From IMG/VR virus record IMGVR_UViG_3300031519_000147, positions 1-29,972 of that record: a DNA stretch of 29,972 nt. One strand, 5' to 3'. A program made the position numbers and the translations under genes. Positions 19,001-25,669 of this stretch are shown piece after piece. Within the stretch, counting starts at the first letter, position 1; each line of letters opens with the position of its first letter. The notes under the pieces are model-generated. The model saw nothing but the letters and a program-made list of their open reading frames with translations. It was not told where the DNA came from and did not search any database. The stretch is from a virus (taxonomy: Duplodnaviria; Caudoviricetes).

Positions 19001-20176
19001 TGGAATTGATAAAAAGTCAATATGAACATCTCTACCATTGTAATCAACTATTTGATCTGGATGGTTTACAACGTTTGTCCCTGGTGGTTTTGTTTTTAAA
19101 ATATTGTTTGAATCTCTATAGGTCCAAAAACTTTCATTTACATCCAAACTTAAATAACCATTGCCACTTGCTATAGTGTTTACAGGGGTTCTGCAGCTTT
19201 TGTTAGTAACAGAACTAGACCTAGTAGTGTTAGATAAAGACATTTCTAGCGCATTTAAAGGATATGGTCTAGCAACCGTAATGTTAGTTCTAGCTACAAG
19301 CCCTTTGTTTACTCCCTCAACTTGGTAGTAAGTGTGTTGTTGAAATATTTGTTTATTGGTTTTTAAAGTCACTATCACAGTGTCTCCAGTGTCTACTAAA
19401 CCAGCCCCAGTGTTGCCAGCTCCAAAATACAACTCATCCCAAGCTCCGCTGTTGTAAACGTGAACAACTGTTGGGCTAACTACACTGTTGTTAGCTTTTC
19501 TTACTTTTATATCTAAGTATGTAGGGTTTACAACATCGCTAGTTCCAGTACCAAAAGGCACTTGATTAAAACCAAAACCATCGCGAGGGTTTGCTGTTAA
19601 ACTAAACTTTCCACTACTAGACCCACCATTAGCAATTGAAGAGGTTACTGTTATGAAAACTTGAGAAACAGAACCTTGCTTCATTCTGTCTACGTTTATT
19701 TTTTTTGGTTCATTTTCACCGTCTGTCCAGTATAATATTCCATTTAAAAGATTTATACCTGTTATGTAGTTATTGTCATTAAATTCTAAGACAGGACCTG
19801 GGGAAATAGAGGAAGCTGGTCTACCTTTATATTTATCTACAATGATAGGCACTATACTGTTATCTAAAGGGTTATACTCAACTATAGCATCGATACCAGA
19901 GCTTTTATCACTAGCACTGTATGTTGCTCCTGAAACAAACCATATAATTTTATCTTCTTCAGTGTCAACAGCATAACCTACACAGGTAGGACTAGTAATA
20001 CCAGTGGCTGTTCTTAAAGCATTTCCGTCAATATTTTTAACCGATCCAACATCAGAACCTTCTGAAGTAACAATATCAATATTGTTTGCTTCTCTGTATT
20101 CTCCTTTAGGTACAAGTCTTTCGTCAAGGTCTTTGTTCATCTTCCCCGACGTGAAAATATTTTTAATCTCAGGCAT
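13064..20176 (-). CDS. Tail stabilization / muzzle-like protein (P22 gp10-like role) with insertions and a C-terminal SprB-like extension
   Basis: The N-terminus MPEIKNIFTSGKMNKDLDERLVPKGEYREANNI and the blocks LYWTDGENEPKKIN, FPRFAYRWKY, GNRIVYGNY, GNGVESNRIKDDFN, GEYGISKNPESFA and KEGKWF are typical of the tail stabilization proteins of these phages. It follows the tail tubular gene. Confidence 0.8.
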   Translation of the reverse strand: MPEIKNIFTSGKMNKDLDERLVPKGEYREANNIDIVTSEGSDVGSVKNIDGNALRTATGITSPTCVGYAVDTEEDKIIWFVSGATYSASDKSSGIDAIVEYNPLDNSIVPIIVDKYKGRPASSISPGPVLEFNDNNYITGINLLNGILYWTDGENEPKKINVDRMKQGSVSQVFITVTSSIANGGSSSGKFSLTANPRDGFGFNQVPFGTGTSDVVNPTYLDIKVRKANNSVVSPTVVHVYNSGAWDELYFGAGNTGAGLVDTGDTVIVTLKTNKQIFQQHTYYQVEGVNKGLVARTNITVARPYPLNALEMSLSNTTRSSSVTNKSCRTPVNTIASGNGYLSLDVNESFWTYRDSNNILKTKPPGTNVVNHPDQIVDYNGRDVHIDFLSIPKAEFKAGDTIKLSSICDINGEEEVLEVRLLVRGFWNELRHLTTWAYDPDNNTTGFTPPGATSNYNNDTFNCSIISVSQNFLLAGAPLSTFIDWNVDLEQDDALYKDDFPRFAYRWKYVDNEYSAISPFTKVAFLPINPSSKYNYNTTTGNNPTMQNDVRKITLSGFDKQDIDVKEVELIIKMSDSVSMYVVDSYVNDDSFQEYKYITKENIKYSIPENQLLRPYDNVPRKALAQEVVGNRIVYGNYTQQYNIEEKVDLRLTKQSSPIIPLGPHLSVKSLRDYQLGISYLDELGRQSPILTTGNSNVKITQSDSKKINLFEGQIVSEHPSWASFYKYFIKDSFSNDFYNIALDRIYPAVEEENVWLSFNSADINKVSIDDYLVLKKSHGGDEAVGEENSGTVKYKVLAKESQAPEFVKTRKIFHGAVTGGEGGGGNAPRLTGHDDNNYAGGYPIENGSFIELNASVMFSSSLEHIADQSVGNGRYFRIGKGNIKSNWYEVESVQAVLGSGNLTGICEHGGLGDHYRVNMIEPFGPDIAFTGGDPGSPVNFLTLEWYHEDQQNYKSEFEGKFFIKVQTDDQMQKHILAFNKSKTAGTRITNSVPFNKIVSDSSDFDLSTYEPFNSSTSGKTRTRQDFTPFTGHIYDPPGGTPPRGQVYAFDYGYSHDPRSANGSVSTVPKQGYGFGGDVDNELQIRIFGLWPSRNFGHTDSNYYPPAQDTFHPDTYQMYQSLSTAAGTKFTLYGDVSETVYEVLNVKKDLVINTEDDTSSPNVERGIRFTLTLDQPVHTDTQALVDALDSHNTIDTNSKTLDNEIRFMTIQEVVNAKTYYTDSPAIFEIEKSRNIDLNLYYETPKTIMIPKVGMKIYSDHSNFPTTTISAVSNNGLTITTTANTTGDVPFRSGGGATVVTIEQTNNLLDKNGVSRNRSQKFLLESIIASGTNVVHLRNSSLDYFNCVAMGNGVESNRIKDDFNAAFIDKGPRVSTVLDEPYEEENRKSGLIYSGIFNAKSGLNETNQFIQAEKITKDINPSYGSIQKLFTRNTNLLTLCEDKVIKILANKDALYNADGNVNIISTNRVLGQSIPFTGEYGISKNPESFASYDYRVYFVDKNRGSVLRLSNDGITNISQKGMTSYFKKNLPSTNNIIGSYDKDKDLYNVTLKYAQPSKDSTLSFTEKTRGWTSFKSFIPQSGFSLNSVYYTVFDGEIWQHGASETKNNFYGTQYDSSIKFVFNDDPSTIKEFKTISYEGSESRLYNKDVGSETSLEINEFLSDYEGKGWYVESIETNEQSGSIPSFVEKEGKWFSYIKGVQSTSDNIDPQEFSCQGLGTPGFLQSQASPFFPSPMTSYGVPGCVGINANITFTIIAPTLDTNGWWWNSKWAFEIVDLGFNSQLTAPADVPSFENSTYYTHNDNEITKSVNGSNTILNYTFYNAGIIGHKYALFAKEYYTGTVLAPNFTSFVISGPSPLNAYGYMHAPESSNGANDGKIRIQPQGGTENYVNGKISLNANMSSPTADASLSGSSPNEYYEFINLASGTYYYNVTDTSAGCGTSTTTTRSLVVTENPPLTLTAVSDNGAVCHLNDPKSSVGSDMSGNASTVTLTAGGGNGTFIFTTPTNPSGFNNGTNSTTFKVATPSQTQFSVRDTSLNLNEVVITFDQVDSTTDILTTHVITHASNQAGDNGSIALTTTNATGAVTAVLVKGTGTAPNYFSSTTQIGSVTMSESNDVHTHTFSNLEGAAHSPFSQPPTTNIHYMYFITDANGCRDDALVSGTGPFGGTFNFTLSNNFVLGPLKFSKNFWRLYDTADITTVTANDIVHWSQGSYPTQSSSNIWAIPTPFGSIWQDNPNNGGALWSNCWRFISGINAGSTYDVDLEICKVYSQGSEIVDAANFYVRVSGMNQLNVDGEHHDPPMNSPGAIENTSNSDQTPAIVFTNSQTLNGTSADENNYVVVTVPYNYVQPNYSQKILYHIYGASYVLGGSI

Positions 20177-20179
20177 ATA

Positions 20180-21055
20180 CTAGTGTTTTATTTGCTTAGA
20201 TTTACCTCTAAGTATTTGAGTTAATTCTTCTAATTTTAAATTTGATAGTCTTAGCTTAGCTGTTCTAACTGAAGCAAACTTTGATTTTCTAAATCTATTT
20301 ACAATGTACTCTTGTACATTAGCTCTAGTGTTTACCATTGCAAATGCTATACATGCATACATAGCTTCTTCAGCAAACTTATGAACTTGCATTTCATCAT
20401 CAGTACCTAAACTATCGCTTATATACTTTAAGGTTACAGTTTTTCCGTTAATGTTAGAGCTAAAGTGAATTTTTCCTTTGTTTTCGTCAATATAAAAAGA
20501 TCCATTAACTTGTGAATGCTGAGGGTCTAGGCCATATCTTCTACCCTCGTTTATATCATAATGATCTGAGTCGTAGTTGTAATCTTCATTGTTGTTTTCA
20601 CTAGGCGTTGAAGATTTGTAAGAGTCCCAAGTGTCTGAGTCAGTTGTTGCTAAATCAGTTCCATTATAAGTGTATGACCCGTTAGTGTCTTGAGTTATAG
20701 CTGTTGGGTTAGAGGTTTTTATAGCAGGATACAACACATGCTCTATACCAGCACCATCTTTATAAGTAACTTTTACATAGTTAACGTAATCGTGCGGTAG
20801 TACCATCTGAAGAGAACTAGGTATTTCTATCTCTTGTGCTTTTGTAGATTTAAAAGTATCAAAAGACAACTCTTGCAATGCTCTTTGAGCGTGAAAAGCA
20901 ATATCAGTTCTACTAGCTTTACCTATAATTTTTCCTTCTCCAACATATGCAACTACAAAGTTGTCTATTATATTGTTTAAAGAAGTAAATTGATAGTTTC
21001 CAAAATCTGACCCATTGTAATAAGCTTGTTGTGTAGTTCCGTCTAGTAGTCCCAT
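20180..21055 (-). CDS. Tail tubular / ring protein (P22 gp4-like role)
   Basis: 291 aa with an LPHDYVNYVKV motif and a ...LKYISD...VHKFAEEAMY segment. It lies immediately upstream of the stabilization protein gene. Confidence 0.7.
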   Translation of the reverse strand: MGLLDGTTQQAYYNGSDFGNYQFTSLNNIIDNFVVAYVGEGKIIGKASRTDIAFHAQRALQELSFDTFKSTKAQEIEIPSSLQMVLPHDYVNYVKVTYKDGAGIEHVLYPAIKTSNPTAITQDTNGSYTYNGTDLATTDSDTWDSYKSSTPSENNNEDYNYDSDHYDINEGRRYGLDPQHSQVNGSFYIDENKGKIHFSSNINGKTVTLKYISDSLGTDDEMQVHKFAEEAMYACIAFAMVNTRANVQEYIVNRFRKSKFASVRTAKLRLSNLKLEELTQILRGKSKQIKH

Positions 21056-21058
21056 TTG

Positions 21059-22060
21059 TTATTGTTTTTCTTGTTGAATTTTTTTAATATCTTCTTGAGC
21101 TGCCATTTGATAAAGACCTTGATCTTTTATTGCTATTCCAGCTAAAGTTAGTATTTTCATTACTAAGTTTGTTTCTTCTGAAGCGTGTAGTTCAAAATCA
21201 ACAGAAGAGCTAGCATTGTAAAGAGCTGTACCATTTATTTCAGTGTAGCCCCAATTTGAAGAAACAGGAACTCTTACGTAGTTACATTTGACATCATCAC
21301 TAGCAAAAGTTAAAACAACGTTACCACTGTTTTGAGCGCTATTTGTTGTTACATTTGATAGAGTTAGCGTTGTGCCACTTATAGCTTCAACCTTAGTGTT
21401 GTCGTTTATACCAGCACCAGTAACAGATTGTCCTTCTTCTACATATTGTAAGTTGTTAAATCCTTCCGAGTTGTTAGCATTTGGAAGAGTTATTGAAGTG
21501 CTACTGTTAGATATACCACCAGCAGCAACTACTAGCGAAATAAATACGCTTGCTGTTTTAGTTTGGTCACCAGTTGTTGTTCCAGAGTAAGGATATAATT
21601 TTATACTTGTATTATCTTTTCTAATAAAAACAGGTCTTACTTTATTAGGTTTTGTTAAAGGTGATCTGTTTAAATATATTAAATCTTCCTCTGTTATTCT
21701 TTCTGCCTCTGAAGCATTGCTGTCTTCTACACCTGTTAAATTGTATCTTAAAACAGTACCTAATCTATAAACATCAGTAGGTAGTGTACCAGTGCCAAAT
21801 GCGTTTATTATTGTTATTGGTTGGTGTCTTTTTTTAAACGTACTTAATTTTTCTTCTAATAGCGGTATCATGTCTGCGTACTCAGTTTGATTTCCAGGAA
21901 CCCTGTTGTAAAGGTTGTAATCATAAAAATACTGTTCAAAGATGTTTCTTTGAGCTTGGTTAGCAAACAAATTAAACTCTTGAGGCGTTACGTAACCTCT
22001 TTGCTCCTTGTTAGCTATAGCTAAAACTCTTTGATATACTGTATCTACACTTATTGCCAT
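21059..22060 (-). CDS. Head-tail adaptor / ring-type structural protein with inserted beta module
   Basis: 333 aa with conserved-looking ANKEQRGYVTPQEFNLFANQAQ, LPTDVYRLG, NYVRVP...WGY and FELHASEE blocks, plus a ~90-aa T/S/N-rich insertion. Confidence 0.65.
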   Translation of the reverse strand: MAISVDTVYQRVLAIANKEQRGYVTPQEFNLFANQAQRNIFEQYFYDYNLYNRVPGNQTEYADMIPLLEEKLSTFKKRHQPITIINAFGTGTLPTDVYRLGTVLRYNLTGVEDSNASEAERITEEDLIYLNRSPLTKPNKVRPVFIRKDNTSIKLYPYSGTTTGDQTKTASVFISLVVAAGGISNSSTSITLPNANNSEGFNNLQYVEEGQSVTGAGINDNTKVEAISGTTLTLSNVTTNSAQNSGNVVLTFASDDVKCNYVRVPVSSNWGYTEINGTALYNASSSVDFELHASEETNLVMKILTLAGIAIKDQGLYQMAAQEDIKKIQQEKQ

Positions 22061-22074
22061 AATTTCTTTTTAGT

Positions 22075-22115
22075 TTGTAGTTTGCAATCGCCCCGAAGAG
22101 CGACTGCTTCTACAA
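22075..22115 (-). promoter_or_regulatory. Intergenic RNA hairpin with cUUCGg tetraloop, no U-tract
   Basis: The minus strand reads TTGTAG-AA-GCAGTCGCTC-TTCG-GGGCGATTGC-AAA-CTACAA. This gives a 10-bp inner stem (two G-U pairs) plus a 6-bp outer stem. Confidence 0.65.
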
Positions 22116-22120
22116 GGTTT

Positions 22121-22954
22121 TTACTTCAATTGTTTTTCTATATTTGAATAAATCTCCATACCTTCATCAGTTTTAAACCAAGCGGCTAAAGCTGAATATG
22201 GATGTTCATCAAAAGGAACTGTACATAGTTTTCTATCGTTAGTTCCCCATGTAAACGTTCTTTGATCACTAGATAGTTTTAATATACCGAGTTCTGTTGC
22301 TCTAATACCAAAGTTTCTAAGCTGAACATTATCATCTTGCGCTAAGTCTAAGAATAAATCTGGATTTGACTTAGCATATAATAGTAAATCTCTTCTAAGC
22401 TCCTTAGAACTCATCTTAGACACTTTAGAACCTAACTCAACACGCATAACTGCTTCTGCCATGTCTATTTCCATATCCATTGCAGCGTTCAAAGCTTCTA
22501 ATTCAACTTCAATATCAGCTACCTCATCAATAGCATCAGCTTCATTGTCTACTTCGTAATAAAGCTTATCTTTGTGTGGGTGGTATAAAGATAAAAGTTT
22601 TTGAAGAGTTACTTTGTTTTTTGGTACCCATAAACTTCCGTTCCTAAAGATTACATGATCTAACCTTTGGTCACCAATCATTTCGTCAACAAATATAGTT
22701 TTTTGATTTTTAGTGTACTTAAGCTCTCTTTCATAACCTTTTTCTTCGTCAAAATAATAAATATCAGTAGATTTTACCATGTAACTTAGAGGGGTTTTTT
22801 GACTTACCAACTCGTACATTCTATCTTTTATTTCCCATTTAGTTTTAACTTCTTTTTTAATAGGTTTAACAGTTTCTTTAACTGTTACTACTTTTTCTAT
22901 ATGCTCATCTCCAGGATCTCCCTGGTATGTAGCTTTTGTTTGTTTTTTTGCCAT
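22121..22954 (-). CDS. Conserved phage protein encoded immediately downstream of the major capsid gene
   Basis: 277 aa with IFRNGSLWVPK...LQKLLSLYHP and a helical C-terminus. Its position matches the conserved post-capsid gene of crAss-like structural modules. Confidence 0.6.
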   Translation of the reverse strand: MAKKQTKATYQGDPGDEHIEKVVTVKETVKPIKKEVKTKWEIKDRMYELVSQKTPLSYMVKSTDIYYFDEEKGYERELKYTKNQKTIFVDEMIGDQRLDHVIFRNGSLWVPKNKVTLQKLLSLYHPHKDKLYYEVDNEADAIDEVADIEVELEALNAAMDMEIDMAEAVMRVELGSKVSKMSSKELRRDLLLYAKSNPDLFLDLAQDDNVQLRNFGIRATELGILKLSSDQRTFTWGTNDRKLCTVPFDEHPYSALAAWFKTDEGMEIYSNIEKQLK

Positions 22955-22979
22955 AATATAATATAATATAAATTAATAA
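22955..22979 (-). promoter_or_regulatory. AT-only leader motif, copy 1 (TTATTAATTTATATTATATTATATT-ATG)
   Basis: 23/25 identical to 25642-25666, and both copies abut an ATG. Confidence 0.5.
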
Positions 22980-23015
22980 AAATAAAAGCACCGAGGCCGA
23001 AGCCCCGGTTCTTTT
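22976..23015 (-). terminator. Rho-independent terminator after major capsid gene
   Basis: Minus strand ACCGGGGC-TTCG-GCCTCGGT followed by GCTTTTATTTTT, about 18 nt downstream of the capsid stop. Confidence 0.85.
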
Positions 23016-23027
23016 AAAGTTTAATGC

Positions 23028-24470
23028 TTATTTCATTATCATGAAATTTCTAGCACCTTGTACAACTAAACATCTTTCAGATAAATAGTGTACTTCCATT
23101 GCGTCTAAGTCAGATGTAACAGCACCAACAGAACCAGTAACCCAAGTTTTTAATCTTCTGTTATCAGTTTGTGAAGCTCTATATCTAGTATGTAAGAATG
23201 GACGTTTTAGGTTTTTACCTAAGTTTTGGTCATAAACAGAAGAAACACCAGCTGGGATCATAACTCCTCTAACAGCTCCAACAGTATCCGTTGCGTTTAT
23301 TAAACCTCTAGTAGATAAATCATTTAAGTATTTCCAGTCAGACTTGTAGAAATCATAAGATCCACGTCTAAATCCAGAGAAACCTAAGTTTAATGCCATA
23401 TCTTCAGAATTGTCAAATACTCCGTAAGAAGTACCACCAGCTCCGTAAGAATTCATTGAAGCTAACATATCGTCCATTGCAAGAGCAGTTGCTCTATTTA
23501 CAAACATCATGTTTTCTTCAATAGCACCTTGCTTGTCAAACTCAGCTAAGATAGCATCAAATTCAGCTAGGTCAGTAGCAGCGTTAACACCAGTTACACC
23601 AGTAGTAACATTACCTCTGTCTTCAATAGCAGCGAATAAACCTTCAGTACCTGTAATAGCGCCCGCGTTAGTACCAACAGAAGCATCAGCTAAAGAAGTA
23701 ATACCATCATTAGCAGCTTTTTCAGCCTCAATCATTGTCATTTCTAAGTAATCAGTAAAACGACTTCTAGTATCACCTTCAGCTTTTAAGTACCATAAGT
23801 AACCATTTTGTCCATCTTCACCAGTAACTTCAACCCAACCAATAGCACCAGTATCAGATCCAGAGATCTCGTACTTGTCTTTCATGATAATTGGTTTGTT
23901 ACTAAAAGATTTGAATTTAGGCTCATTAGCACCAACTCTTCCAGAGTTAGCTTTAGCATACTCAGATCCAAATACTAAAACTTTACAAGCACCATCAGCA
24001 ATACCCGCATTGTTCATGTGGTCATGGCTATATGATTTTATTGTAATAGTTCCGCCAGTAGCTACAGCTGTAACATAAGCTTTTGCAGTTGCATTAGCAT
24101 CTGCTATTAAAAGCATGTCCCCTACTCTAACACCATGATCAGCACCATCAGCAACAGCTACAGTGTCAGCGTTGTGAGTAACTACTAAAGTAGTACCAGT
24201 AGCACCCATTGTAGCAGTGTATGATAAATGTAGTCTACCTTGCTCAGACCAAACTACTTGGTCAGAAGTCATAGACTCTTCAGCTCCTACTTGTGAAAGA
24301 AATCCTGAAATTGTTCTGTTACCGAACACTTCAGCTTCTTTTTCCATAAGATCTGGTAAATATTGTTGCGCCCAACCTCCTGTTGCGTCCGCTGTAAAAT
24401 CTATATACGCAGTCGCCAGCGTTTGTTTCGCTGGAGCTGGTACTAGATTGCTTGCACCTGTAATTGCCAT
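23028..24470 (-). CDS. Major capsid protein (crAss-like HK97 fold)
   Basis: 480 aa with WAQQYLPDL, WSEQGRLH and LGFSGFRRGSYDFYK blocks. It follows the portal and scaffold genes and is followed by a strong terminator. Confidence 0.88.
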   Translation of the reverse strand: MAITGASNLVPAPAKQTLATAYIDFTADATGGWAQQYLPDLMEKEAEVFGNRTISGFLSQVGAEESMTSDQVVWSEQGRLHLSYTATMGATGTTLVVTHNADTVAVADGADHGVRVGDMLLIADANATAKAYVTAVATGGTITIKSYSHDHMNNAGIADGACKVLVFGSEYAKANSGRVGANEPKFKSFSNKPIIMKDKYEISGSDTGAIGWVEVTGEDGQNGYLWYLKAEGDTRSRFTDYLEMTMIEAEKAANDGITSLADASVGTNAGAITGTEGLFAAIEDRGNVTTGVTGVNAATDLAEFDAILAEFDKQGAIEENMMFVNRATALAMDDMLASMNSYGAGGTSYGVFDNSEDMALNLGFSGFRRGSYDFYKSDWKYLNDLSTRGLINATDTVGAVRGVMIPAGVSSVYDQNLGKNLKRPFLHTRYRASQTDNRRLKTWVTGSVGAVTSDLDAMEVHYLSERCLVVQGARNFMIMK

Positions 24471-24492
24471 AATTTTGTTTTTTTAAATTTAG

Positions 24493-25641
24493 TTATTTAT
24501 TTTTAATTTTAAACTTAAAGTTAGGAGATTCGTTGTCAATCACTCTGTATTTGGGTCCGCTAGTGTTGTCGTTAGAAAACGACTGTCTAGGATCCATATT
24601 TATGTTTTTAGACTTAGCAACGCTTTGTTTTAAAGCATCCGCTTTACCTTGTTCATAAAAGTGATTAGCAATAGCATCAGGATTCATAGCTGTAAATAGA
24701 GATTTGTGGTAACCTTTAGCATCTGACATTTCATTATTTTCATTCAAGAACTTCTTGACAAAATTTTGAATATCACTTTGTGTTTCCTTAACCTCTGCAG
24801 CGTTCTTCACGTTAAACCTATACCTTTTTTCTCCGACGTTGTATTCAAAACCTTTGAACTTATCGTTAAAAACATTATTAGTTTTATTTAAAAAAGTGTT
24901 AGTTTGTTTTTTTGCTACTTTTTGAGTTTCTTCTGACTCCTTGTTGTACCTATTAAAAAAGTCCATAGCTTTCTTTTGTTCAGGCGTTAACCTTGAACCT
25001 GCTTTGATCTCTTCATAGTATTTAGACTTTTGCCCGTCTAAGTGGCTTTTAGCGCTGGCAACTTGCTCTTTAAGCGCTATTTTTTTCTTTTTTATATCTC
25101 TTTCGTCATCTTCATCTTCATCAAATAAAAACGAGTCTTCTATTAAAAAATCTATTTCTTCAGAATTTAAATGAGATTTTGTTTGTTTGTAATACTCTCT
25201 AAGAACTGTCATATCATCATAACTTGAAAAATCTTGATTAAGTTTTACATAATCGTCTAGTGTACCGCCAGTTTCCTCCATAAAATCTACAACTTTTTGT
25301 AGGTTTTCAGGTAAAACTTTTCCAGTTTCTTTAGCTTCTATTATTTCTTCAGCTAATTCTTCTGCTTCTTCCTTGACTTCTTCTTCGGTGATTTCTTCTA
25401 ATACTGAGTCTTTTTCTTGTGTTTGTTCTTCCGACTGTACTTCTTCTTGTTTTTCTGTGGACTCGGCATTATCAAGCTCTGTAACCACTCCCTCGTCGAC
25501 AGGGTTATCTTCTTTAGTTTCATTTGGTTTAGTTAAATCAACAACGTAATCGCCGTCTTCATTAGTATTGGTTTTAGTTTCTTCAACCTGTTCGGTTGGT
25601 TGTGTAGTTTCTTCAACTACGTTTTCTAATTTTTCTTCCAT
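24493..25641 (-). CDS. Probable capsid scaffolding/assembly protein
   Basis: 382 aa with a very acidic low-complexity N-terminus, a helical core ending ANHFYEQGKADA and a basic tail. It lies between the portal and capsid genes. Confidence 0.65.
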   Translation of the reverse strand: MEEKLENVVEETTQPTEQVEETKTNTNEDGDYVVDLTKPNETKEDNPVDEGVVTELDNAESTEKQEEVQSEEQTQEKDSVLEEITEEEVKEEAEELAEEIIEAKETGKVLPENLQKVVDFMEETGGTLDDYVKLNQDFSSYDDMTVLREYYKQTKSHLNSEEIDFLIEDSFLFDEDEDDERDIKKKKIALKEQVASAKSHLDGQKSKYYEEIKAGSRLTPEQKKAMDFFNRYNKESEETQKVAKKQTNTFLNKTNNVFNDKFKGFEYNVGEKRYRFNVKNAAEVKETQSDIQNFVKKFLNENNEMSDAKGYHKSLFTAMNPDAIANHFYEQGKADALKQSVAKSKNINMDPRQSFSNDNTSGPKYRVIDNESPNFKFKIKNK

Positions 25642-25666
25642 AATATAATATAATAATAATTAATAA
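25642..25666 (-). promoter_or_regulatory. AT-only leader motif, copy 2 (TTATTAATTATTATTATATTATATT-ATG)
   Basis: 23/25 identical to 22955-22979, and it fills nearly the whole portal-scaffold spacer. Confidence 0.5.
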
Positions 25667-25669
25667 TTG

